NCBI RefSeq assembly: GCF_056712565.1
Contig: NZ_CM160072.1
Strand: one strand, 5' to 3'
Length of the DNA: 64,000 nt
This document shows, piece by piece, positions 9,908 through 18,205 of this stretch. The stretch's first letter is position 1. Each line of letters starts with the position of its first letter. The translations under genes and the position numbers were made by a program. Below the pieces are notes generated by a model, which saw only the letters and a program-made list of their open reading frames with translations, was not told the DNA's origin and ran no database searches.

Positions 9908-10590
9908 GCCGCCATCTCCCTGAGCAGTTTTTCCGCCTGCTGGCGAACCTGCGCCAGAAACGCCTCACCACATGCCTCAAGTTCATCGCGCCCGATGTAG
10001 CTGATTGCCGGTCCCTTCCAGGTCTTGTCAAAAACAGCAATAGCACCAGCGAAGAAAGCTCCTGTCGGCACCTGCTTCTCGTCTTTCGGGATAAACCAGA
10101 CAGGCAGTTCAAAACCAATACGCCCGCGAATAAAAGCAATATGATCTGCATCTTCCGGCCACCACACTTCGCTGGTGGCAGCTTTGATCAGGAAAACATA
10201 GCGCCCGCCTTTATCACGCATGGCACTGGCATGCTTCATGATGTAACGCATGCCGGTGATGTATTGCCCCTCATGCTGACTGGCGCGGCTGTATGGGGGA
10301 TTACCAAAGGCAGCACCTTTAAGCTCCGCAAGACGTTCTGACCAGTCATGCGCCAGCGCATTGTCTTCCGCCGTGTAATACGCGGCACATTTGGCGTTAC
10401 CACCGTCGGTGAACAGATCCAGAACAAACGGGCCAAACAGGGTGTTAATTCCCCAGAAAATGTTGTCCGGCGTGCGCCACTGATCGCCCACTTCCTTCAG
10501 TTCATGGGCTGGTTTGTTCCGCAGCTCCACCAGCACCTGGCAATATTTATTACTCATTAAGCCCCCACGTAATTCCCTGACAGATACCAC
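9904..10590 (-). CDS. Phage DNA N6-adenine methyltransferase (Dam-like)
   Basis: 228 aa with the amino-methyltransferase catalytic motif NPPY (GAAFGNPPYS). Confidence 0.8.
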   Translation of the reverse strand: MVSVRELRGGLMSNKYCQVLVELRNKPAHELKEVGDQWRTPDNIFWGINTLFGPFVLDLFTDGGNAKCAAYYTAEDNALAHDWSERLAELKGAAFGNPPYSRASQHEGQYITGMRYIMKHASAMRDKGGRYVFLIKAATSEVWWPEDADHIAFIRGRIGFELPVWFIPKDEKQVPTGAFFAGAIAVFDKTWKGPAISYIGRDELEACGEAFLAQVRQQAEKLLREMAA

Positions 10591-11051
10591 TCTTCACCCG
10601 ATGCAGCGCGCTTGCTGCTTTTCCGTAAGCACCGCTCACGACGCGCCAGAAAATTGTTTCGTTCTGGCTGGGAGTGGCTTTCACGGAATGCCGCCATCCA
10701 CACGGTTGCAGCACGACGGTATAAACCCCTGGACTCCAGTTCTTCAGCCTGGCGGGTCAGGCACAAAATCACCCGTGGATCGTTAGTGCCGACATAGAAA
10801 TTGCGCACAGGTCTGGTTTCTCGAACTGGTTGTGGTTCCGGTTCCTGCGCTCTCTCAGTCAGGCGCGGGAAATGTCTGCGTGTATCTCCTTCACAACGGT
10901 GAGCCACACGCCCACTCTGACGTAACTTGCTTGCTGACTGCAGAACGCGCTGTCGTGAGTAACCTGCAAAAGCATCCGCAATGTCACCGGAAGTACACCC
11001 CGGATGGGCTTCAATGAATTTCTGAACGTCATTTAACAGACTCATGATCAC
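10557..11051 (-). CDS. Hypothetical prophage protein, possibly PerC-like regulator
   Basis: 164 aa; central region (LTRQAEELESRGLYRRAATVWMAAF) resembles PerC-family activators; weak assignment. Confidence 0.4.
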   Translation of the reverse strand: MIMSLLNDVQKFIEAHPGCTSGDIADAFAGYSRQRVLQSASKLRQSGRVAHRCEGDTRRHFPRLTERAQEPEPQPVRETRPVRNFYVGTNDPRVILCLTRQAEELESRGLYRRAATVWMAAFRESHSQPERNNFLARRERCLRKSSKRAASGEEWYLSGNYVGA

Positions 11052-11989
11052 CCCCTGAATCCTGCCGGGATCTGGCTGTAGTCCACGTTGTCGTAACTGG
11101 CTTTGAAGTACGGGTCCTCGCGTTTTTCGGTGTACGTACTTACGGACGGCGATAAGCGCAGGGAAAGCTCATCCCATTTTTCCCGCAGCTTCGACGGGCT
11201 GAGCACGTTACGGCACCAGAACGGATCGCGGCTGACGCGGCTGTACATCTCGCAGATTTGTTTGTGAGTACGACCATCCTGCACACACATCAGGCGAATT
11301 TCGTTTGCCCAGGCTGTCCAGTTCGGTTCTTTGGGACGAACCACCTCGCCGTCACATTCGGCAGCCTGCTCGTACAGGGCGATGATTTTTTTCCAGAGCC
11401 ACTGTGCGCAGGTCAAATCATCCTGCGTTCCCCACTGGCGCTTTTTAGGGCTGAATACAACAGCATCAGGATGGCGAGTTAAAAACTCCTGTTCAGCCGT
11501 CTGCGTGTCCGGTTGCGAAGCGTCCGGACGAGAAGTTTTTTTATCTGACGGATCATGTTTTGATTTTACTGACGGATCCCCGCCAGATTCTGACGGGTGA
11601 AAACCCGCTTTTTTGCCAGATTTCGACGCATCAAATTTTGACGGGGCAGATTTTGATGCGTCAGATTTTGACGGGTCAGAATCTGACAGTTGAGAAAATG
11701 CCGCTGCCTGAAGCTTCGCAACGTTAAGCTGATAAACATTCGACGCATTGCGGTTACCCTGGCGACGCGCCTTACGCGTTAACCAGCCTTCTGCTTCCAG
11801 CCGTGCGATAGCCGTTCTGACGGTACTCATCCCCGCGCCAATCTGGCGGGCAATGGTTTCAATTGATGGCCAGCACACACCTTCGTCATTACTGAAATCA
11901 GCCAGGCGGGCCATAATTGCCACGCTGGATAACTTCATGCCTGACGCAGCGCAACCATCCCATACATAGCCGGTTAATTTAGTGCTCAT
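11048..11989 (-). CDS. Phage replication initiation protein (HTH N-terminal domain, repeat-containing linker)
   Basis: 313 aa; N-terminal winged-helix region (CWPSIETIARQIGAGMSTVRTAIARLEAEGWL) typical of lambdoid O-like initiators; internal repeat peptide DASKSAPSKFDASKSGKK encoded by tandem DNA repeats. Confidence 0.65.
   Translation of the reverse strand: MSTKLTGYVWDGCAASGMKLSSVAIMARLADFSNDEGVCWPSIETIARQIGAGMSTVRTAIARLEAEGWLTRKARRQGNRNASNVYQLNVAKLQAAAFSQLSDSDPSKSDASKSAPSKFDASKSGKKAGFHPSESGGDPSVKSKHDPSDKKTSRPDASQPDTQTAEQEFLTRHPDAVVFSPKKRQWGTQDDLTCAQWLWKKIIALYEQAAECDGEVVRPKEPNWTAWANEIRLMCVQDGRTHKQICEMYSRVSRDPFWCRNVLSPSKLREKWDELSLRLSPSVSTYTEKREDPYFKASYDNVDYSQIPAGFRG
11541..11692. repeat. Iteron-like tandem repeats inside the replication gene (putative origin)
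   Basis: About eight imperfect ~15-bp direct repeats with core (c)AGATTTTGACGG, e.g. agattttgatgcgtc / agattttgacgggtc / agaatctgacagttg contiguous at 11648..11692. Confidence 0.5.
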
Positions 11990-12333
11990 GACCGACCTCT
12001 ATTTCCCTGAATTTACGACGAAACTGTTCGAGCGGACTGAAGCATTCATGCTCATAGCCTTCGCGGAGGTAGATAACCCGTTGTGTTTCCGGTTCCCAAC
12101 GAATGACTCTGACGGGCACTCCGTAGTGATCTTTGAACCAGCGGTTAACTTGTCGCAAAGGACTGTCTCCTTCTGCCGGTTGAAATCACCCACAGCCCAC
12201 TCAGCAAAGCTGTGGGTTACAATTTCCCTGTCACCTGGTACATTTACTGCATAGCAATACTCCACCTTCGCTTTTCCACCCGGTACAGGAAGCGCAATCA
12301 GTTGCGAGCGACGGTAGTGTGTTGTTAAACTGT

Positions 12334-12897
12334 TCATGCGTTAGTTTCTCCACAGTCACGACACGCCACGGCGCCCGGAGCTGCACACTCGCGGGCGTCA
12401 CTACTTTCTGAAACGCAAAAGATTTTGTAGACCAGTGCTGCATGCTCCTGCAGCTTCGAAATTGAGAGGTACAGCTCATCGTTAATTGCTGTCTTCTCAT
12501 GCGGTTCCACTACACCGTCTTCAATTGCTGAACGAATCTGTTTTGAATAACTGCCGATCTGTTCAATGACCTCCAGCAGGCGTTGGTTGATATCGGCGTT
12601 GTCCACATCCTCGACGTCAGGAAGAGACACAAAGACGCCATTTGCAGACTGCGCCACAGCATCAGCAATGAAGTGAGTGCCACCAGCACGCTGTAAAACC
12701 ATTGCCCATCCCAGCGGGAAAATCTGATCGCCATCTGCACGAAGGCGGTTGAATAAAGCGTTTTCTGTTACATCGAGCCAGTCAGCCGCTTCAGCGTAAC
12801 CACCCGGCAACGCCGCGATCGTTTTTCTGGCAGCTTTCACGTACCACTCAGGCTGTTTTTCTATTTTCCAGTGATGCTTACCCACGATTAGCCTCAT
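12334..12897 (-). CDS. Prophage regulatory protein, CII-like / YdaT-like
   Basis: 187 aa immediately downstream of the cro-like gene in the rightward early operon; family call is weak. Confidence 0.4.
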   Translation of the reverse strand: MRLIVGKHHWKIEKQPEWYVKAARKTIAALPGGYAEAADWLDVTENALFNRLRADGDQIFPLGWAMVLQRAGGTHFIADAVAQSANGVFVSLPDVEDVDNADINQRLLEVIEQIGSYSKQIRSAIEDGVVEPHEKTAINDELYLSISKLQEHAALVYKIFCVSESSDARECAAPGAVACRDCGETNA

Positions 12898-12928
12898 CGT
12901 TCTGTGGTTAAAAATTGAAAGTGTTCTG

Positions 12929-13129
12929 CTAATCTTTCGGATAGATATCCGGTCTTAAGTCAGATTTCGTAATTGCACCTGACGTGCATTGCTCAAGTTT
13001 TTTAGCCAGCACAAAACTGGCTTTTTTATAGCCATTGAAAACCAGCCGTAAGTAGCCAGGTGTTGAGCCAACTTTTCCGGCCAACTCGCCCTGCTGTTCT
13101 TTGGTTAAAGAGTCCCAATACGCTTTCAT
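12929..13129 (-). CDS. Cro-like HTH regulator (YdaS-like)
   Basis: 66-aa protein transcribed divergently from the CI-type repressor with a palindrome-containing intergenic region between them. Confidence 0.6.
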   Translation of the reverse strand: MKAYWDSLTKEQQGELAGKVGSTPGYLRLVFNGYKKASFVLAKKLEQCTSGAITKSDLRPDIYPKD

Positions 13130-13219
13130 ACAATGTGTACCTCAGGTGTACATATTACATGATTGAAATGAACCTTCAAGATACTTGTACCTTAACGGTA
13201 CAAGGGTTTTAATTTCGTT
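13130..13219. promoter_or_regulatory. Immunity-region operator/promoter between cro-like and cI-like genes
   Basis: Two palindromes sharing a GTAC core: TGTAC-N7-GTACA (13136..13152) and CTTGTACC-N5-GGTACAAG (13184..13204), in a 90-bp AT-rich divergent intergenic region. Confidence 0.55.
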
Positions 13220-13894
13220 ATGAAAACAATCCATGACATCCGGCGGTCTAACGCCAGAAAACTGAGAGATGGTGTTGGCGGGAATTCTTCCTTTGCCACT
13301 ATGATTGATCGCGAGCCAACCCAGACCAGCAGGTTTATGGGAGATGGTGCTACTAAAAATATCGGTGACAGCATGGCACGACACATCGAAAAATGTTTCG
13401 ACCTGCCTGTCGGATGGCTCGATCAAGAACACCAGACAACGAACATCACAAAAAAACCTGATGTTTCAATCACTAATAAACAAATCACATTAGTCCCTGT
13501 CATATCATGGGTACAGGCCGGAGCATGGAAAGAAGTTGGATATTCTGAGGTTGATTTGAGCACAGCAGAAACGTATCCCTGCCCTGTACCCTGTGGGGAA
13601 ATGACTTATATCTTGCGGGTGATAGGTGATTCAATGATTGATGAGTACCGCCCGGGAGACATGATTTTTGTCGATCCTGAAGTACCTGCCTGCCACGGTG
13701 ACGACGTTATTGCATTGATGCACGATACAGGTGAAACCACCTTCAAAAGGTTGATAGAAGATGGGACACAGCGTTATCTCAAAGCGTTAAACCCAAACTG
13801 GCCTGAGCCTTACATTAAGATCAACGGTAATTGCTCTATAATTGGTACTGTGATTTTCTCAGGAAAACCAAGAAGATACAAAATCAAAGCCTAA
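13220..13894 (+). CDS. CI-type repressor with S24 (LexA-like) autopeptidase domain
   Basis: 224 aa; N-terminal HTH region and C-terminal S24 domain with catalytic serine context VIGDSM. Confidence 0.85.
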   Translation: MKTIHDIRRSNARKLRDGVGGNSSFATMIDREPTQTSRFMGDGATKNIGDSMARHIEKCFDLPVGWLDQEHQTTNITKKPDVSITNKQITLVPVISWVQAGAWKEVGYSEVDLSTAETYPCPVPCGEMTYILRVIGDSMIDEYRPGDMIFVDPEVPACHGDDVIALMHDTGETTFKRLIEDGTQRYLKALNPNWPEPYIKINGNCSIIGTVIFSGKPRRYKIKA

Positions 13895-13907
13895 TCAATG
13901 TTTATGA

Positions 13908-13929
13908 ACCTGCTTCGGCAGGTTTTTTT
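13908..13929 (+). terminator. Rho-independent terminator after the repressor gene
   Basis: Stem ACCTGC-TTCG-GCAGGT followed by TTTTTTT. Confidence 0.6.
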
Positions 13930-14046
13930 ATACTTGACAATGTACCTTTGGGATACATAATGTACCCAAGAGAAACAACAAACAGGCAGGACGCCCACGA
14001 AGTAGCCGCCTGGGGCATATGAAGTCCAGGATGATTCGTTAGCAAC

Positions 14047-14075
14047 AAAAAAGCGCCCTATAGGACGCTTCGCTC
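14047..14075 (-). terminator. Terminator hairpin downstream of 14097..14609
   Basis: Minus-strand stem AAGCG-N10-CGCTT followed by a U-rich tract. Confidence 0.4.
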
Positions 14076-14096
14076 TTTAACAATCTGGATGACTTA

Positions 14097-14609
14097 TTAC
14101 TCAGATTTGAACTTTGGTTCTGGCAAAAGAGGAGGAGTTGAGTCCTCGAATCGTAGCCAGTGCTCCCAGATATCGTGGGATTGTAATTCCAGAAGACCAA
14201 TTTGACGTGATGCAACTGCAGTGCCAGCTATAGTTCCTCCTGCATAATCAACCTGGACGGACTTTGACGCTTTCTCAATTAATTCTGTCCAAGCTTCACT
14301 TTCCGCGTTAAAAGAAGCAGTTAATTCCTGCAGACGCTGTGGATCATCCTTGTTGTCTTGTTTCAAACGATTCAGGGCGGCCACCGAATACTTATTCTTA
14401 ACCCAACTAACCTGAGCTAACTGAACTCTCTGACAAGCGTCCATATCAGTAGTTGTTTCCTGAGGCATATCAAAGCAGGAAATAAAAAAAGTCTCAACAC
14501 CATCATTTAGACTACTGCTCGGCTGGTTCAAAGCATCAGAAGCATTGGATGCTATCGGTATTATCAGTGCTACCGACAGAATCAAACGTTTAACATAAAT
14601 CGCTCCCAT
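14097..14609 (-). CDS. Secreted/periplasmic protein with cleavable signal peptide (possible DUF1311/LprI-like)
   Basis: N-terminal KRLILSVALIIPIASNA-SD looks like a Sec signal peptide with an AxA-type site; two cysteines in the mature part; low GC; convergent with the repressor gene. Confidence 0.45.
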   Translation of the reverse strand: MGAIYVKRLILSVALIIPIASNASDALNQPSSSLNDGVETFFISCFDMPQETTTDMDACQRVQLAQVSWVKNKYSVAALNRLKQDNKDDPQRLQELTASFNAESEAWTELIEKASKSVQVDYAGGTIAGTAVASRQIGLLELQSHDIWEHWLRFEDSTPPLLPEPKFKSE

Positions 14610-14896
14610 TTAATTATCCCCTCTAAGAACAGAGTCATCCAGATTAGCCGAATCCTTGTTGTTGGGGAATAACCAGGCCCACCTCGCCTGATGTGGCTAA
14701 AAGCAGGCACATAACAGCTAAGTATTTTCAACCAGAGAGAATCCTTAGCGTTGTGGTGAATGCGGCTCAGCGCACGCGGGTTAAGGTTGAGGCTGACAGT
14801 CGACCTTCTGTGGATACCCACCCGCCTGGTGTGCAACCTTCGCCAGGCACCGGGAGGCACCCGGCACCACAACTTTATGCTGTGTGTAGTCCTGGC

Positions 14897-14940
14897 GGTA
14901 CCAGCTTGTACCCTTGCTTCCGGCTGGTACCGCTCTTTTT
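14897..14940 (+). terminator. Terminator-like hairpin in the noncoding region upstream of the yfdP-like gene
   Basis: Perfect 9-bp stem GGTACCAGC / GCTGGTACC (14897..14905 and 14923..14931) followed by CTCTTTTT; the stem also carries GTAC motifs like the immunity-region operators. Confidence 0.4.
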
Positions 14941-15077
14941 ACAAAACAGAGAAGAGCATCACCGGACGACGGGCTCATAACCCAATCCACCCGGGCGGCT
15001 GCCACCGCAGGTGTTCTTCTCTGTTTTGTGGAGAAACCAACCGACCTTGCAGGGTCGATATGATGAGGAGCAGCAAA

Positions 15078-15440
15078 ATGGCTAGCGAACGCAGTACCAA
15101 CGTGCAGGAATTTATCGGGGAGCTGGACGGCGGCGTATTTGAAACCAAAATCGGCGCAGTTCTCAGTGAAGTCGCTTCCGGTGTGATGAACACGAAAACC
15201 AAAGGTAAGGTCTCGCTCAACCTGGAAATCGAACCGTTTGATGAGAACCGTGTGAAAATAAAACACAAACTCTCATATGTTCGTCCGACTAACCGCGGGA
15301 AAATTTCCGAAGAAGACACCACCGAAACGCCGATGTATGTCAATCGCGGTGGTCGCCTGACTATTCTGCAGGAAGACCAGGGACAATTACTGACTCTTGC
15401 CGGTGAACCTGACGGAAAACTCCGCGCAGCAGGTCATTAA
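15078..15440 (+). CDS. YfdP-like prophage protein
   Basis: ~120 aa starting MASERSTNVQEF..., with GAGGAG RBS 7 nt upstream; directly precedes YfdQ- and YfdR-like genes as in the E. coli CPS-53 prophage. The longer ORF from 14760 is an unlikely extension. Confidence 0.5.
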   Translation: MASERSTNVQEFIGELDGGVFETKIGAVLSEVASGVMNTKTKGKVSLNLEIEPFDENRVKIKHKLSYVRPTNRGKISEEDTTETPMYVNRGGRLTILQEDQGQLLTLAGEPDGKLRAAGH

Positions 15441-15505
15441 TATCGTTCTTAATTAACTGATTATTTATCTCATCACTGAATATCTTTATATAGTGAGGAC
15501 TTATT

Positions 15506-16330
15506 ATGTCTCAGAACTTAGACGCAACCGCAATTAATCAAATCCATGCCCTTATTTCTGCTCAGGGTGTTAATGAAATTATCAGTAAGATTGGTGCCGA
15601 CGCAGTGGCATTACCTGAAAATTTCCGCATTCATGATCTGGAAAAATTTAATTTAAATCGCTTCCGTTTCCGTGGTGCGCTTTCCACTGCCAGCATCGAT
15701 GACTTTACCCGTTATTCTAAAGATCTTGCGGATGAAGGCACCCGCTGCTTTATCGATGCCGATAATATGCGTGCCGTCAGTGTGCTTAACCTGGGTACTA
15801 TTGATGAGCCTGGTCACGCAGATAACACCGCCACTCTCAAACTGAAAAAGACAGCACCGTTCTCTGCTCTGTTGTCTGTTAACGGCGAGCGTAACTCCCA
15901 GAAGTCACTGGCAGAATGGATTGAAGACTGGGCCGACTACCTTGTGGGCTTTGATGCTAATGGTGATGCCATTCAGGCAACAAAAGCGGCTGCGGCAGTC
16001 CGTAAAATCACGATTGAAGCAAACCAGACCGCTGATTTTGAAGACAATGACTTCAGCGGCAAACGCTCCCTGATGGAGTCTGTCGAAGCGAAGACCAAAG
16101 ATATTATGCCAGTGGCATTTGAATTTAAATGCGTTCCGTTTGAAGGCCTGAAAGAACGTCCGTTTAAATTACGCCTCAGCATTATCACTGGCGATCGTCC
16201 TGTACTGGTTCTGCGCATTATTCAGCTGGAAGCAGTGCAGGAAGAAATGGCTAACGAATTTCGTGATCTGCTTGTTGAGAAATTCAAGGACAGCAAAGTA
16301 GAAACCTTTATTGGTACTTTTACCGCCTGA
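15506..16330 (+). CDS. YfdQ-like protein (DUF2303)
   Basis: 274 aa, same length and gene neighbourhood as E. coli YfdQ. Confidence 0.65.
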   Translation: MSQNLDATAINQIHALISAQGVNEIISKIGADAVALPENFRIHDLEKFNLNRFRFRGALSTASIDDFTRYSKDLADEGTRCFIDADNMRAVSVLNLGTIDEPGHADNTATLKLKKTAPFSALLSVNGERNSQKSLAEWIEDWADYLVGFDANGDAIQATKAAAAVRKITIEANQTADFEDNDFSGKRSLMESVEAKTKDIMPVAFEFKCVPFEGLKERPFKLRLSIITGDRPVLVLRIIQLEAVQEEMANEFRDLLVEKFKDSKVETFIGTFTA

Positions 16331-16457
16331 TTTCATTACTGCAAATGCCCCTGCGGGGGCATTTATGGAAACGTAATTGACTCAATAATCGCCGGATGGT
16401 GAGGGCTTTCTTTTACCAGAATTCAGCGCGGTGCAGCGCATATACGTGGAGAACAAA

Positions 16458-16982
16458 ATGTCATTTATTAAAACTTTTTCCGGGAAGCATTTTTATTATG
16501 ACAGGATAAATAAAGACGACATCGTTATTAACGATATCGCGGTTTCTCTTTCAAATATCTGTCGCTTTGCAGGACATCTTTCACATTTCTACAGCGTCGC
16601 CCAACATGCGGTGCTTTGCAGCCAACTGGTACCGCAGGAATTTGCTTTTGAAGCGTTAATGCATGATGCAACAGAAGCGTATTGCCAGGACATCCCGGCG
16701 CCACTGAAACGCCTTCTTCCTGACTATAAACGGATGGAAGAAAAAATAGACGCCGTAATCCGTGAGAAATACGGGTTACCCCCGGTTATGAGTACGCCCG
16801 TGAAATATGCCGATCTCATCATGCTGGCAACCGAACGCCGCGATCTCGGGCTTGATGATGGCTCTTTCTGGCCCGTACTGGAAGGTATCCCGGCAACAGA
16901 GATGTTCAAAGTTATTCCACTGTCGCCAGGCCATACCTATGGGATGTTTATGGAACGCTTTAAAGAGTTAACTGAGTCGTAA
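16458..16982 (+). CDS. HD-domain 5'-deoxynucleotidase, YfdR-like
   Basis: HD motif (ALMHDATEAYCQDIP) and histidine-containing N-terminal region; start MSFIKTFSGKHFYYDR preceded by GGAG. Confidence 0.7.
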   Translation: MSFIKTFSGKHFYYDRINKDDIVINDIAVSLSNICRFAGHLSHFYSVAQHAVLCSQLVPQEFAFEALMHDATEAYCQDIPAPLKRLLPDYKRMEEKIDAVIREKYGLPPVMSTPVKYADLIMLATERRDLGLDDGSFWPVLEGIPATEMFKVIPLSPGHTYGMFMERFKELTES

Positions 16983-17090
16983 AAATCAGCACGTACGAAT
17001 TCAAACTCTGCCATAAAAGAACATATAAGTAATTTATTAACATATAGATATAGGTTATATTACAAATTGAAAAATTATTGGAGAGCAACA

Positions 17091-17957
17091 ATGAATCAAA
17101 ATCCATTCTCATTCTATGACTTTCTTGGATATTTAATACCAGGTGGTTTTTTTATCCTATTAATGTATTTCTGTGGTTTGACATTCGATCTAGATATTGT
17201 TATTGACTTAAGTGAATTGCTCAGAGGTCAAAGTCAAATCTTTGGCATTTTGAACTACGCTTCAATAGTTATTATATCTTATATAGCTGGACATTTTATT
17301 TCTATCACGTCAGCATTTTTTATCGAAAAATACATGAATAAAGAATTAGGATATCCTTCCAAATATCTATTTAAAAAATTGATAGATACCTCAGAAAGCA
17401 TTTGTAGCCCATCATGCGATGAGAGAAGCGCTGATAAAAAAACAAAAATAAAGAATCGCATAATCAAATGCGTATTATGTCCAATAATACTATGGGATTT
17501 TATAACACAAAAACTATGTTATTCTCAATCTCTACCATTTCATTTAGCTAATACAACATGGTTAATGATCAAAGAAGGTTATGAGAAAAAGTTCATAACA
17601 AATCGCCAATTATTACAAGATAAAAACGGACTTGATGATGATCTCTTCAGATTGGCATATCATTATGTTTATGAGTTTTCAAAACAACATCAAACAAAAA
17701 TTCAAAACTATGTTGCATTATATGGTTTTTGCAGAAACATATGTTTAATCTTTATAATTTCATTTTGGGTATCAGTTCCAACCTTTATTTATCGATTATG
17801 TACTCATAGTGATTATCTTTATAGTTTACTTTCAATAATGCTTAGCTTTTTCTTCGTCTATGTTTTCTATGTTGGTTTTGTTAAATTTTATAGAAGATAT
17901 ACTTTAGAAGTATTAATGGCATTTGCTGTACTTCAAAGTAACGACACTATTCGTTAA
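17091..17957 (+). CDS. Integral membrane protein, very low GC (candidate exclusion/abortive-infection moron)
   Basis: ~288 aa from ATG 17091 (RBS GGAGAG); two predicted TM helices at each end with a ~130-aa soluble central region; strongly AT-rich codon usage. Confidence 0.5.
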   Translation: MNQNPFSFYDFLGYLIPGGFFILLMYFCGLTFDLDIVIDLSELLRGQSQIFGILNYASIVIISYIAGHFISITSAFFIEKYMNKELGYPSKYLFKKLIDTSESICSPSCDERSADKKTKIKNRIIKCVLCPIILWDFITQKLCYSQSLPFHLANTTWLMIKEGYEKKFITNRQLLQDKNGLDDDLFRLAYHYVYEFSKQHQTKIQNYVALYGFCRNICLIFIISFWVSVPTFIYRLCTHSDYLYSLLSIMLSFFFVYVFYVGFVKFYRRYTLEVLMAFAVLQSNDTIR

Positions 17958-17998
17958 TAATGTTGCTCCCGTGTGCAGACGGGATAATGGAGAAACGT

Positions 17999-18205
17999 AT
18001 GCTGAACCTCGATTGTGTTCCTATCTCAACTTATTGCAAAGAAACTGGCGAAACTCCTGAAGCAATAAACAAACGTGTACAGCGCGGTGTTTGGCGTGAA
18101 GGTGTTCAGGTTTTAAAGGTTGAAGGCGTTAAGGAGAGGTGGATTGATCTTAGTGAGGTTGCAAAATGGGCCAGACAAAACTGCTCAAACTACCGCGCGG
18201 CGTAA
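17999..18205 (+). CDS. Excisionase-like protein
   Basis: Small basic protein directly upstream of and overlapping the integrase gene; GGAG RBS 8 nt before ATG 17999 (alternative start 17987). Confidence 0.55.
   Translation: MLNLDCVPISTYCKETGETPEAINKRVQRGVWREGVQVLKVEGVKERWIDLSEVAKWARQNCSNYRAA

Noticed and set aside
11999-12500. Overlapping small ORFs (112 aa and 89 aa minus, 90 aa plus) between the replication and CII-like genes
   Set aside because: Mutually overlapping frames with no clear RBS; a small early gene may exist here but I cannot choose a frame with confidence.
14693-14980. 95-aa basic plus-strand ORF considered as an N-like antiterminator
   Set aside because: No arginine-rich motif comparable to N proteins and it overlaps the terminator-like hairpin; insufficient evidence for a gene.
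14760-15077. N-terminal 106 codons of the 226-aa ORF 14760..15440
   Set aside because: The upstream part overlaps the hairpin/inverted-repeat noncoding region and has odd composition; a GAGGAG RBS precedes the internal ATG at 15078, which I take as the real start.
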